From the NCBI GenBank assembly GCA_020848435.1, contig JADLAC010000037.1, positions 108,355-172,354 on the forward strand: a stretch of DNA of 64,000 nucleotides, in the 5' to 3' direction. The first letter of the stretch is position 1, and each line of letters starts with the position of its first letter. Position numbers and translations under genes: made by a program. The notes beneath the pieces are model-generated. The model was not told the DNA's origin. It ran no database searches and was given only the letters and a program-made list of their open reading frames with translations. Source of the stretch: Burkholderiales bacterium (GTDB lineage Bacteria; Pseudomonadota; Gammaproteobacteria; Burkholderiales; WYBJ01). Below are positions 36,012 through 45,720 of this stretch, in pieces.

Positions 36012-36487
36012 TGGCCAAGCATCATGTGACGGCGACGCTCAACGGCAGTCCCGTCGAATTCCTGTGCGAGACCCAGCAGACGCTGCTCGAGGTGCTGCGC
36101 GATGAGCTGAACCTCACCGGGACCAAGGAAGGATGCGCAACCGGCGACTGCGGCGCGTGCAGCGTCACGGTGGGCGGACGCCTGGTGTGCTCTTGCCTGG
36201 TGCTCGGCGCCGAAGTGGAAGGCAAGCGCATCGAAACCATCGAAGGCATGGCCTCGGGCACCGAGTTGCATCCCTTGCAGCAGAAATTCCTGGAGCACGC
36301 CGCCCTGCAATGTGGCATCTGCACGCCGGGGATGCTGATCGCGGCGCGCTCTTTGCTGGAACGCAAGCCCGACCCGACTGAGGAAGAAGTGCGTTACTGG
36401 CTGGCGGGCAATCTGTGCCGCTGCACCGGATACAACAAGATCGTCGATGCGGTGCTCGCCGCCGCCGGCGAAATGCGGAGGGCTTGA
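36011..36487 (+). CDS. (2Fe-2S)-binding small (CoxS-like) subunit
   Basis: GCATGDCGACSV and CGICTPGM...CRCTGY cluster motifs. Its start overlaps the preceding stop. Confidence 0.9.
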   Translation: MAKHHVTATLNGSPVEFLCETQQTLLEVLRDELNLTGTKEGCATGDCGACSVTVGGRLVCSCLVLGAEVEGKRIETIEGMASGTELHPLQQKFLEHAALQCGICTPGMLIAARSLLERKPDPTEEEVRYWLAGNLCRCTGYNKIVDAVLAAAGEMRRA

Positions 36488-36489
36488 CC

Positions 36490-38775
36490 ATGGCCGATAC
36501 CGTCCTATATCCCGAACGCGAGCTCAAGGTCGTCGGTACCCAGCCGGTGCGTCCGGACGGCGTGCCGAAAGTCACGGGCCTCGCGCAATACGGCGCGGAC
36601 TTCACGCTGCCCGGCATGTTGTGGGGCAGGATCCTGCGCTCGCCTCACGCGCACGCACGCATTCGCGCGATAAACACCAAGAAGGCGGAAGCCTTGCCCG
36701 GCGTGAAAGCGGTCATCACCGCCGCGGATCTGCCCGAGCAGAAGTTCGACTATGTCGGTCCCGAGCGGGTCGCGATCAACTTCTGGCACATGACGCGCAA
36801 CATCCTCGCGCGCGAAAAGGTCCTGTACGAGGGCCACGCGCTGGCCGCGGTGGCCGCGACCAGCAAGTCGATCGCCGAGGAAGCGCTGAAGCTGATCGAA
36901 GTCGACTACGAGGTCCTGCCGCACGTGATCGACGTCGACGAAGCGATGCAGCCCGATGCGCCGCTGTTGTTCGAAGACATGATCACGCGCGGCGTGCAGC
37001 CCCCGCCGACCAAGCCCTCGAACGTATCCAAGCGCATCGAATTCAAGCTCGGCGACGTGGACAAGGGCTTCGCGGCCGCCGACGAGATCGTCGAGGCGAG
37101 CTACAAGACCAAGCCCGTGCACCAGGGCTATATCGAGCCGCACGCCTGTCTCGCGCGCTTCGACACCGACGGCCAGGCGGAAGTCTGGTCGTCGAGCCAG
37201 GGACATTTCGTCGTGCGCACCTTCACCTCCCGCCTGGTCGGGATGAAGGTGGGCGACCTGCGCTGCCACGCGGCCGAGATCGGCGGCGCTTTCGGCGGCA
37301 AGACCGTGGTCTATGTCGAGCCGATCGCCGTGGTGCTGTCGAAGAAGTCCGGCCATCCGGTGAAGATCATGATGAGCCGCGAGGAGGTGTTCAAGGCGAG
37401 CGGGCCGACCTCCGGGGCGTCGATGACGATCAAGCTCGGCGTCATGCGCGACGGCAGAATCGTCGCGGCCGAAGGCATATTCAAGTACCAGGCCGGCGCG
37501 TTTCCGACCTCGCCCGTCATGAACGGGTGCATGTGCAGCTTCGCGCCCTATGACATCGCCAACGTGCGCACGATCGGCTACGACGTCGTCTGCAACCGGC
37601 CGAAGACCGTCGCCTACCGGGCGCCGGGATCGCCCATCTCGGCGTTCGCCGCCGAGAGCACGATGGACTTGGCGGCGCGCCGGATCGGGATGGATCCGAT
37701 CGAGTTCCGGCTGAAGAACATCGCCCGCCCGGGCAGCCAGACGGTATGGGGCGCGAAGCTCGCCCATGCGGGTTTCGCCGAGACGCTGCACGCGCTGCAA
37801 AAGCATCCCGGCTACAAGGCCCCGCTCGGCAAGAACCAGGGCCGCGGGGTCGCGGCGGGGTATTGGTTTAACGGCGGCGGCGAATCGAGCGCGACCGTGC
37901 ACGTGAACGAGGACGGTACCGTGGTCGTGGCGGAAGGCAGCCCGGATATCGGCGGCTCGCGCGCGTCCATCGCGCTCATGGCGGCCGAAACCTTGGGCAT
38001 CCCGTACGAGAACGTGCGCCCCATCGTCGCCGATACCAACTCCGTCGGCTACACCCAGGCCACCGGCGGCTCGCGCGTGACCTACGCCACCGGCATGACG
38101 GTGATCAATGCCTGCAACAAGGTGATCGACGAAATGTGCGTGCGGGCTGCGAAGCTGTGGAAGGTGGAGCGTGCCGACGTGATCTGGGAAGACGGCCATG
38201 CCCGGCCGGCGGGCAAGCGCGCCGGCGAATTCGAGCCCCTGTCGTTCAAGGCCATCGCCGCCAAGCGTACCGCGACGGGCGGGCCGATTACGGCCTCGGC
38301 AGCGATGAACGCGGAAGGCCAGGCGCCGGGGTTCTCCGCCCAGTTCTGCGACGTCGAGGTCGATCCGGACACCGGTTACGTCAAGATCCTGCGCTACGTC
38401 GCCGCGCAAGATGTCGGCCGTGCGATTCACCCCGGCTATTGCGAGGGCCAGATCCACGGCGGCGTGGTGCAAGGCATCGGCTGGGCGCTGAACGAGGAGT
38501 ACATCTACGATCGCAACGGCCGCATGGAGAACCCGGGATTCCTCGATTACCGCATCCCGGTGGCATCCGACGTACCGATGATCGAAGCGATCATGGTAGA
38601 GGTGCCCAATCCGAATCATCCCTACGGCGTAAAAGGGGTGGCAGAGGCGAACATCGTGCCGCCGACGGCGACGATCGCCAATGCGGTTCATAGCGCGACC
38701 GGGCTGCGCCTGACGGATCTGCCGATGTCGCCACCGAAGGTGCTGGCGGCGCTCGATTCGGCGCGCAAGCGCTGA
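36490..38775 (+). CDS. xanthine dehydrogenase family molybdopterin-binding large subunit
   Basis: 761 aa from MADTVLYPERELKVVGTQPVRPDGVPKVTGLAQYGAD. Contains GGAFGGK, and YGVKGVAEANIVP near the C-terminus. Gene order is M-S-L. Confidence 0.9.
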   Translation: MADTVLYPERELKVVGTQPVRPDGVPKVTGLAQYGADFTLPGMLWGRILRSPHAHARIRAINTKKAEALPGVKAVITAADLPEQKFDYVGPERVAINFWHMTRNILAREKVLYEGHALAAVAATSKSIAEEALKLIEVDYEVLPHVIDVDEAMQPDAPLLFEDMITRGVQPPPTKPSNVSKRIEFKLGDVDKGFAAADEIVEASYKTKPVHQGYIEPHACLARFDTDGQAEVWSSSQGHFVVRTFTSRLVGMKVGDLRCHAAEIGGAFGGKTVVYVEPIAVVLSKKSGHPVKIMMSREEVFKASGPTSGASMTIKLGVMRDGRIVAAEGIFKYQAGAFPTSPVMNGCMCSFAPYDIANVRTIGYDVVCNRPKTVAYRAPGSPISAFAAESTMDLAARRIGMDPIEFRLKNIARPGSQTVWGAKLAHAGFAETLHALQKHPGYKAPLGKNQGRGVAAGYWFNGGGESSATVHVNEDGTVVVAEGSPDIGGSRASIALMAAETLGIPYENVRPIVADTNSVGYTQATGGSRVTYATGMTVINACNKVIDEMCVRAAKLWKVERADVIWEDGHARPAGKRAGEFEPLSFKAIAAKRTATGGPITASAAMNAEGQAPGFSAQFCDVEVDPDTGYVKILRYVAAQDVGRAIHPGYCEGQIHGGVVQGIGWALNEEYIYDRNGRMENPGFLDYRIPVASDVPMIEAIMVEVPNPNHPYGVKGVAEANIVPPTATIANAVHSATGLRLTDLPMSPPKVLAALDSARKR

Positions 38776-38896
38776 GGCTGCCATAGGAGCCTGTCGGACT
38801 TGATTTCGCGCGACGCGTGGTGGCCCACGCCTGCGCGCGAGGCGGGCGGATCGCCGGGCAGGCGTGGTCGGTCTCGAACGACGGACAGACCGCGAT

Positions 38897-38919
38897 GCCC
38901 GCCTTACGGTGAGGCGGGC
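38897..38919. terminator. candidate bidirectional stem-loop between convergent genes
   Basis: gcccgcct-tacggtg-aggcgggc: an 8-bp GC stem with a 7-nt loop. No flanking U/A tract, so this is weak. Confidence 0.25.
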
Positions 38920-38979
38920 GCGAACGCAAGAGCACCGGACTCCATCTGGTCCGGTCCGGCGCCGCGGCAAGGATCGGCG

Positions 38980-39672
38980 TTACTTCATCGGCGAGAACGC
39001 GCTCGGGCGCAGGATGGTTGTCGTCACCTGCTCCACGAGCGCGCCGTGGCGCTCGCTTTCGCCGAACACCCGCGCGCGCTCGGGATCCTTGGCGAAGGTA
39101 TCGAACTTGGCCACGCGCTCGTTCAGGCTTTCCCACGCCAGCATGTAGACCAGCTGGTGGTCGTTGCCGCCGATGCGGTTCAACCAGTAGCCCACCTGGC
39201 GGAAGCCGTGCTTCTTGAACGCCTCGCAGGTGAAGCCGCCGAAGCGCTCGGTGATGTTGACGATCTTCTGCGGCATCGCCTGGTATTCGCGCAGCTCGAA
39301 TAGATACGGCGCGCGGCTCGATGCATCCGGCCCGTAGGCTTCGCCCCTGTCGAGCTGCGAATACGCGGTGGGCTCCATCAGCTGGTTGTAGACGCGGTTC
39401 ACCAGCGGTCCGTCCTTCTCGCTCTCCGCCCATTTCTTCGCGCGCTCCGGATCGGCGCGCCACGTCGCGCTTTTCCGGGTGCGTTCCTCATAGCTCTCCC
39501 AGGCCCACAGGTAGATCACCTGGTTGCTCTTCTCGCCCAGCAGCGGCGTCCAGAAGCCGACCAGGCGAAAGCCGTGATCGCGCCACTTCGCGACGGTGAA
39601 GCTGCCGAAGCGATCGATCAGCGCCGGCAGCTTGCCGGCGGCCACGTCGTAACGGCGCAGTTCGTAGAGCAT
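38980..39672 (-). CDS. NIPSNAP family protein (two tandem NIPSNAP domains)
   Basis: MLYELRRY... and a second LFELREY... half. Both are followed by GF.LVG.W and LWAWES/MLAWES blocks. Confidence 0.8.
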   Translation of the reverse strand: MLYELRRYDVAAGKLPALIDRFGSFTVAKWRDHGFRLVGFWTPLLGEKSNQVIYLWAWESYEERTRKSATWRADPERAKKWAESEKDGPLVNRVYNQLMEPTAYSQLDRGEAYGPDASSRAPYLFELREYQAMPQKIVNITERFGGFTCEAFKKHGFRQVGYWLNRIGGNDHQLVYMLAWESLNERVAKFDTFAKDPERARVFGESERHGALVEQVTTTILRPSAFSPMK

Positions 39673-39729
39673 CGACGTTCCTCCCTCGGGTTGATGGCTG
39701 CGCGCCCTCGATAGGGCGCGCGAAGCGCC

Positions 39730-40920
39730 TTACACGACGCCCTTGGCACGCAGTGCGGCGATCGCGTCCTGGTCGTAGCCCAGTGCGCGCAGCACCTCCT
39801 CGCTATGCTCGCCGGGCTCAGGTGTGTGCCCGAGCTGCTCGGGCTGCGGATAGCGGCTCAGGTGAATCGGCTGGCCGACGACTTTCTGCGGCCCGTACTT
39901 GGGATGCTCGACGGGCTTCGCGATCCCCAGGTGACGCACCTGCGGATCGGCGAATACCTTGTCGATGGTATTGATGGGGCCGCAGGGCACGCCGGCCTGG
40001 TTCAGCACTTCGACCCAGTAGTCGTTCGGATGGCGGCGAATGACCTGCGCCAAGCGGACGTTGAGCGCATCGCAATTCTTGACGCGCGCGGCCACCGTGG
40101 CGAAGTCGGGATGGTCGAGCAGGTCCGTGGCTCCGGCCGCCTTGCAGAAATGCTGCCACAGGCTGTCGCCCGAGGCGGCGATGTTGATGTAGCCGTCGGC
40201 CGTCTGGAACATGCCGGTGCCGGCGGAGGTGGGATGGTTGTTGCCGGCCTGACCGGCGACCTCGCCGCGCATGAGATAGCGCGCCGCCTGGAAATCCAGC
40301 ATGAAGATCTGGGCTTCGATCAACGAGGTCGACACCCATTGACCTTCGCCGCTGCGTTCGCGGTCGAGCAGCGCGAGCACGATGGCGTTGGCGAGCAGGA
40401 TGCCGGCCGAGGTGTCGTTGATCGCGATGCCGACCCGCACCGGCCCGCCGCCTGGGTGGCCCGTGATCGACATGAGACCGCCCATGCCTTGCGCGATCTG
40501 ATCGACGCCCGGGCGCCCCGCGTACGGTCCATCCTGGCCGAAACCCGAGATGCTGCCGTAGACGATGCGCGGATTGACTTTCTTCACCGCTTCGTAGTCC
40601 ACGCCGAGCTTGTACTTGACCGTCGATTTGTAGTTCTCGACCACCACGTCGGCCGTCTTGGCGAGGTCGAAGAAGATGGCCAGCCCCTCGGGCGTCTTCA
40701 GGTTGAGCGTAAGGCTGCGCTTGTTGCGATGCAGGTTCTGGAAGTCGGGACCGTCGCGGCGGCTGCCGGTCACGTCGATCGACGGCCCAGGGGCCTCGAT
40801 CTTGATCACATCGGCGCCCCAATCGGCCAGTTGGCGCACCGCGGTCGGCCCCGCCCGATGGGCGGTCAAATCGAGCACTTTGAAACTGGCGAGAGGCATC
40901 CGGCGGCTGGTCGTGACCAC
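39730..40920 (-). CDS. family III CoA-transferase (CaiB/BaiF family)
   Basis: FKVLDLTAHRAGPTAVRQLADWGADVIKIEAP is the characteristic N-terminus, and the length of about 390 aa fits. The start may be MPLASF at 40899. Confidence 0.85.
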   Translation of the reverse strand: MVTTSRRMPLASFKVLDLTAHRAGPTAVRQLADWGADVIKIEAPGPSIDVTGSRRDGPDFQNLHRNKRSLTLNLKTPEGLAIFFDLAKTADVVVENYKSTVKYKLGVDYEAVKKVNPRIVYGSISGFGQDGPYAGRPGVDQIAQGMGGLMSITGHPGGGPVRVGIAINDTSAGILLANAIVLALLDRERSGEGQWVSTSLIEAQIFMLDFQAARYLMRGEVAGQAGNNHPTSAGTGMFQTADGYINIAASGDSLWQHFCKAAGATDLLDHPDFATVAARVKNCDALNVRLAQVIRRHPNDYWVEVLNQAGVPCGPINTIDKVFADPQVRHLGIAKPVEHPKYGPQKVVGQPIHLSRYPQPEQLGHTPEPGEHSEEVLRALGYDQDAIAALRAKGVV

Positions 40921-41004
40921 ATTCCCTCCTCATGGCAAGACGCGAGCGGTGTAGCATGCGAAGTATCGCACCGAAGCTCCCGCGAGGGGGTCGGGTAAAG
41001 GTCG

Positions 41005-42114
41005 ATGGCCGGGATGCGATCGCGCCCGGCGGTTTTCTGCGGAGGCGTCGGGATGGCACTCGATCATGCGGCATACCAGTTTCGCGGCAACGCGTATCGG
41101 CAAGACCTGGTGGAGCTGAACGCTTGGACCAGGCAACGCCACGAACCCGCGCTGGAGCCCGATCTGCCGATCATCGACCCGCACCATCACGTCTGGGACC
41201 ACCGGCGCAGCCGTTACCTGCTCGACGAGCTGATCGAGGATACCGCGACCGGGCACAACATCGTCGCGACCGTGTTCATCGAGTGCGGGGCGATGTACCG
41301 CGCCGACGGCACGGTGGAAATGAAGCCGGTCGGCGAGGTCGAATTCGTCAACGGGCTGGCGGCGATGAGTGCGAGCGGGCGCTACGGTAAGAGCCGGCTT
41401 TGCGCCGGTATCGTGGGCCACGCCGACCTGACGCTCGGCGAGCGCGCCCGTCCCGTGCTCGAGGCGCTGATCGCGGCGGGCAACGGGCGGCTGCGCGGCG
41501 TACGCCACGGCGTCACCTGGGATACGGGCAACGCGGCCCACTTCAGCCGCCTGCGGGTTCCGCCGCATCTGGTGCTCGATCCGCGCTTTCGTCGCGGCTT
41601 TGCCTGCCTTGCGCCGCTGGGGCTGTCGTTCGAATCGTGGCAGTTCCACCCGCAGCTCCCCGACCTGGTCGAGCTGCTGCGCGAGTCTCCGGCGACCAAC
41701 GTGATCCTCAATCACGCCGGCGGCTTGCTCGGCATCCCGCCGCACGACGGCGATCGCGCCGCCGTGTTCGACATCTGGCGCGGCCACATGCGCGAGCTGG
41801 TGCAGTTCCCGAATCTCAGCGTGAAGCTCGGCGGACTCGGCATGCTGTACTGCGGCTTCGACTTTCACTTGCGCGACATGCCGCCCGCGTCGGAAGAGCT
41901 GGCCGCGGCATGGCGCCCGTATATCGAGACCTGTATCGAGCTCTTCGGCGTCGAGCGCTGCATGCTCGAGAGCAACTTTCCGGTCGACAAGCAATCCTGC
42001 GGCTACGGCGTGCTATGGAACGCGTTCAAGCGCATCACCGCGGGCTGCTCGCCGGCGGAGAAGGCCGCGCTCTACCACGACACCGCGCGCCGCGTGTATC
42101 GTTTGTCGGTTTGA
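41005..42114 (+). CDS. amidohydrolase-2 family (TIM-barrel metal-dependent hydrolase)
   Basis: IIDPHHHVWD metal motif, ILNHAGG, and MLESNFPVDK. An alternative start is at 41053 (MALDHAAY). Confidence 0.8.
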   Translation: MAGMRSRPAVFCGGVGMALDHAAYQFRGNAYRQDLVELNAWTRQRHEPALEPDLPIIDPHHHVWDHRRSRYLLDELIEDTATGHNIVATVFIECGAMYRADGTVEMKPVGEVEFVNGLAAMSASGRYGKSRLCAGIVGHADLTLGERARPVLEALIAAGNGRLRGVRHGVTWDTGNAAHFSRLRVPPHLVLDPRFRRGFACLAPLGLSFESWQFHPQLPDLVELLRESPATNVILNHAGGLLGIPPHDGDRAAVFDIWRGHMRELVQFPNLSVKLGGLGMLYCGFDFHLRDMPPASEELAAAWRPYIETCIELFGVERCMLESNFPVDKQSCGYGVLWNAFKRITAGCSPAEKAALYHDTARRVYRLSV

Positions 42115-42216
42115 ATCGAATCCAACGGTATCGGGCGAGCGCACGCCGATGTCGTGATCCAGGACGCGTGTCTCGCTTGTCGGTTTGAGTCAACCCCAAC
42201 GGAAGGAGGAACGCGT

Positions 42217-43182
42217 ATGACAGGCACGCATTGGCTCACCGGAATCGCGCTCGCCGTCTGCGCGGCAAACGCATTCGGCCAGGCGCAGAAGTTTCCTTCC
42301 AAGCCCATACGCATGCTGGTGGGATTCGCGCCCGGCGGCGCAACGGATATCGTCGCACGCGCGATCGCGCCCGGATTGTCGGAGCTGACGGCGCAATCCG
42401 TCGTGGTCGAGAATCGCCCGGGCGCGAGCAGCCAGATCGCCGGCGAGCTCGTGGCCAAGAGCCCGCCCGACGGCCATGTGCTGATGATGACCACGCAAAC
42501 GCTCATGACCTCGATGATGATCGAGCGCAAGACCTTTCCCGACATCGTCAAGGATTTCTCGCACGTGGCCTTGGCCGCGACCAGCGTGCTCATCCTGGTG
42601 GCGAATCCCTCGTTTCGACCCAAGTCGGTGAAGGAGCTGATCGAGCTTGCACGCGCGCGGCCGGGAGAAATCAACTATGCCTCGGGCGGTGTCGGCACCA
42701 CGCCGCACCTTTCGGGGGAGCTGTTCGCGACCATCGCGCGGCTCAAGATCACACACGTGCCGTACAAGGGCGAGGCGCCCGGGCTGGTGGACGTGATCGG
42801 CGGGCATATCCCGTTCATGTTCTCGAACGTATCGGCCTCGCTCGGGTTCGTGCAAAGCGGGAAGCTGCGCGCGCTCGCGAGCACGGGGCTGGAGCCTTCG
42901 CCCGCGGTGCCGGAGCTGCCCACCATGGCCTCGGCCGGCTTGCCGGGATTCGAAGTCGTCGGCTTCTTCGGCGTGCTGGCGCCGGCCAACACGCCGCGCG
43001 AAATCGTCGCTCGATTGAATGGCGACATCCTGAAGGTGCTCGCCCGGCCCGACATCAAGAAGCTGTTCGCCTCCCAGGCGCTCGATTCCGGCGCCATGAC
43101 CGCGCCCCAGTTCGGCGACTACGTCAAGGCCGAGGTGAGCCGCTGGGGCAAGCTCATCCAGGAGGCCGGCATCAAGTCCTGA
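42217..43182 (+). CDS. Bug/TctC-family substrate-binding protein
   Basis: GGAAGGAGGA ribosome-binding site. MTGTHWLTGIALAVCAANAFGQAQKFPSKPIRMLVGFAPGGATD, PDGHVLMM and HVPYKGEAPG. Confidence 0.9.
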   Translation: MTGTHWLTGIALAVCAANAFGQAQKFPSKPIRMLVGFAPGGATDIVARAIAPGLSELTAQSVVVENRPGASSQIAGELVAKSPPDGHVLMMTTQTLMTSMMIERKTFPDIVKDFSHVALAATSVLILVANPSFRPKSVKELIELARARPGEINYASGGVGTTPHLSGELFATIARLKITHVPYKGEAPGLVDVIGGHIPFMFSNVSASLGFVQSGKLRALASTGLEPSPAVPELPTMASAGLPGFEVVGFFGVLAPANTPREIVARLNGDILKVLARPDIKKLFASQALDSGAMTAPQFGDYVKAEVSRWGKLIQEAGIKS

Positions 43183-43259
43183 CCCGTGGTCGCTGCGGCG
43201 CGAATGCGCCGGATTCGGTGTCGGTCGCGGCGTGGCGCCGCGTCGGATCGCGCTCGGCT

Positions 43260-44471
43260 TTATCCGCTTTCGCCGGGTCCGCGAGTCGGTGACGATGCGC
43301 GCGGCTCGGAGTTTTCGCGCTCGGCGGCGAACGCGCCCGACTCGACTTCGGCGCGCCGCCGCGGGCTTTGCCGGCGCGTGCGCCAGAACAGGATCAACAG
43401 CACGCCGAACGCGCTCGACCAACTCAGCGCCGAGAGCAGCAACCAGGGTCCGGGAACGAACGCGCCCAGCACGCGCAGCGCGGTGCTGAGCGCGATCAAC
43501 ACGGTCCCCCAGACGATGCCCGTGGCGTGTGCCGGCGCATGCCGCGTTTTGCTCATCCACAAGCTCGCCATGACGCTGAAGGTCAGCGTGCCCAGGGCGC
43601 CGACCGTGATCACGTGTATCGCCGCGTTCACGTGCGCACCGATCGCCATAGCCGCGCCCAGGGCAAGAAGACCCAGGCCGAGCCAGGCGTAGCCCGCGGC
43701 AAGGCAAAGCAGGTCGGGACGCCCGCGCAGCAGCCATAGGCGCCAGCGCGCCAGGCGCACGAGCGCGACGATGCCCGCCAGCGCCGCCAGGCCAGCGGCG
43801 ATAGCCGTCGAGCGTGGAACGACGCTGAGTACCGCGGCGGCGCCGCTTGCGACCAGCAGGGCGGCTTCGAGGCGCGGCTGCACGCGCGCGTCGAGGCGCA
43901 GGCGCTGGCGGTACAACTGGCCGGCGACCGCCGGTGCGATGAGGCGCCCACCCATGAAGAGCATGAGTGTCGCGAACAACAGCACCATGGCGTGGACGAG
44001 CGCGCGCGCCGCCGCGGGCTCGCCGGCATAGCGCGTGAACGCCCAGGCGAGGGCGCCCGACGCTATGGCGGTGATGACCGCGGGCAGCGCCCGGTTGCGC
44101 CACTTCTTCGCCGCACCGAGCAGTCGAGGCACGACCCTCGCCGCCAGCGCGGCCGCGAATGCCGCGTCGAGCGCGTTGGCGACTAGACTCGTCGGCGCGA
44201 ACAGCGACGTCGCCCGGGCCGCGAGCCACAGCAGCAACATCGCCGCCACGAATCGACCGCGCGCGCTGCCGAGCTGGTTGCCGGCCACGACCGCCAAGGC
44301 GAAGCCGACCAGCATTTCGTGCGCGTGTACCAGTGGATCGGCGAGCGCCGGCAGCAGCCGTGTCCTGCCCGTCATCGCCAACACTGCGACGGGCAGCACG
44401 AGCGCTGCGTAACACGCCGCCGCCGGGTAGAAGATTTCGGCCGCGGACCAGCGCGAAAGTGTCTGTCTCAT
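43260..44471 (-). CDS. nnrS: NnrS family membrane protein
   Basis: About 12 TM segments, with the NnrS hallmark HAHEMLVGF near the N-terminus and conserved His residues (HVNAAIHVITVG). Confidence 0.8.
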   Translation of the reverse strand: MRQTLSRWSAAEIFYPAAACYAALVLPVAVLAMTGRTRLLPALADPLVHAHEMLVGFALAVVAGNQLGSARGRFVAAMLLLWLAARATSLFAPTSLVANALDAAFAAALAARVVPRLLGAAKKWRNRALPAVITAIASGALAWAFTRYAGEPAAARALVHAMVLLFATLMLFMGGRLIAPAVAGQLYRQRLRLDARVQPRLEAALLVASGAAAVLSVVPRSTAIAAGLAALAGIVALVRLARWRLWLLRGRPDLLCLAAGYAWLGLGLLALGAAMAIGAHVNAAIHVITVGALGTLTFSVMASLWMSKTRHAPAHATGIVWGTVLIALSTALRVLGAFVPGPWLLLSALSWSSAFGVLLILFWRTRRQSPRRRAEVESGAFAAERENSEPRASSPTRGPGESG

Positions 44472-44541
44472 ATCCGGTCCTCGCGTATCGCGGCCGCGCG
44501 CCGGCGGGAGTCGAGCGCTGATGGGCTTGCGGCTGTCGCGG

Positions 44542-45708
44542 TCACATCGACCTCAGCGCATCGACGATGCTCAGGCGCGCGGCGCGGATGGCGGGCAGGA
44601 CTCCTCCGCACACACCCATGACGAGCGCGAACAGCATCGACTGCACGGCGATTTCCCACGTCAGGATGAAGCGAAACGACAGGTCGGCGAAGGTCTGGAA
44701 GTTCACCGTGGAGAACGAGGCGTGCTGCATGAAGGAGGCGAGCAGCAACCCCGCCGCGCCGCCGGCCAAGCCGAGCAGCATCGCTTCGCAGAGGAAGGCC
44801 GCGAGCACGGCGCGGCGCTTGTAGCCCAAGGCGCGCAAGGTGCCGATCTCGCCTACGCGATTTGCCACCGAGGCGTACATGGTAATCATGGCGCCGATCA
44901 TCGCCCCGATCGAGAAGACGATGGACAGCGTGAGGCCGAGCACGTTGATGAAGGTGGAAAGCGCCTTCGACTGGTCGCTGTAGAACACCTGCTCGCGCTT
45001 CGATTCCAGGGTGAGCCGCGGATCGGCATCGAGGTCGGCGCGCAAGCGCTCGAACCGGCCGGTGCTCGCCAGGCGTACGACCATCGAGGAATAGGCCTGG
45101 CGGCGAAACGACTGCATCAGTTGGTCGGCGTCGCCCCAGACTTCGGAATCGAAGCCGCTTGCGCCGGCATCGAATATCCCGACGACGCTCCACTCGCGCT
45201 GGGCGAAGACGAGCCGCCCGCCCAACGCCGCCGCGTCGAAGCGCGCCGCGATGTTGCTCCCGACCACGATCTCGCTCGTCCCGGGGCGGAACATGCGTCC
45301 CGCGCGCACCTGCACTTGCGGGCGAAGCGCCAGTCCTCTGCCCGAGGTGCCTCGAATCACCACGTTGGACGGCCGGGCGTCGCCGCGGCGGAGCAAGGAG
45401 ATCAGTACCACGGTCTCCTTCGATGCCAGCGGCATCCCGTCGGCCGCCAGCGCCACCGCCGGATGCAGCTCCACCAGCGCCGCCTGGTCGCGCGGGATGC
45501 CGCTTTGGATCTCGGTCTCGGCGCCTTTGCGAATGACGACGGCGTTGTCGTACTCGCCGGTGGTGACGAGCGTGCGCTGGAGCCCGGCATCGAGCATGAG
45601 CACCGTCGCGAACACGAATACGACCAGCGCCAGCCCGCCCGCCGTCAGTGCCGTCGTCAAGCGCCGCGCCCACAGGTTGCGAGCGACGTAGATCAACGGT
45701 ATCGTCAT
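44542..45708 (-). CDS. ABC transporter permease, FtsX/MacB-like
   Basis: N-terminal TM, a large periplasmic domain, and a C-terminal FtsX domain (EIGTLRALGYKRRAV...). 388 aa. Confidence 0.85.
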   Translation of the reverse strand: MTIPLIYVARNLWARRLTTALTAGGLALVVFVFATVLMLDAGLQRTLVTTGEYDNAVVIRKGAETEIQSGIPRDQAALVELHPAVALAADGMPLASKETVVLISLLRRGDARPSNVVIRGTSGRGLALRPQVQVRAGRMFRPGTSEIVVGSNIAARFDAAALGGRLVFAQREWSVVGIFDAGASGFDSEVWGDADQLMQSFRRQAYSSMVVRLASTGRFERLRADLDADPRLTLESKREQVFYSDQSKALSTFINVLGLTLSIVFSIGAMIGAMITMYASVANRVGEIGTLRALGYKRRAVLAAFLCEAMLLGLAGGAAGLLLASFMQHASFSTVNFQTFADLSFRFILTWEIAVQSMLFALVMGVCGGVLPAIRAARLSIVDALRSM

Positions 45709-45720
45709 CGCGGCGTCGCC

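Noticed and set aside
36505-38970. 821-aa minus-strand ORF. Similar long antisense ORFs include 23264..25582, 42190..44415, 44468..46501, 9177..11006 and 11473..12876
   Set aside because: All of them mirror a strongly supported gene on the opposite strand. They have extreme Arg/Gly/Ala/His composition, no recognisable motifs and no ribosome-binding sites, so I treat them as shadow ORFs.
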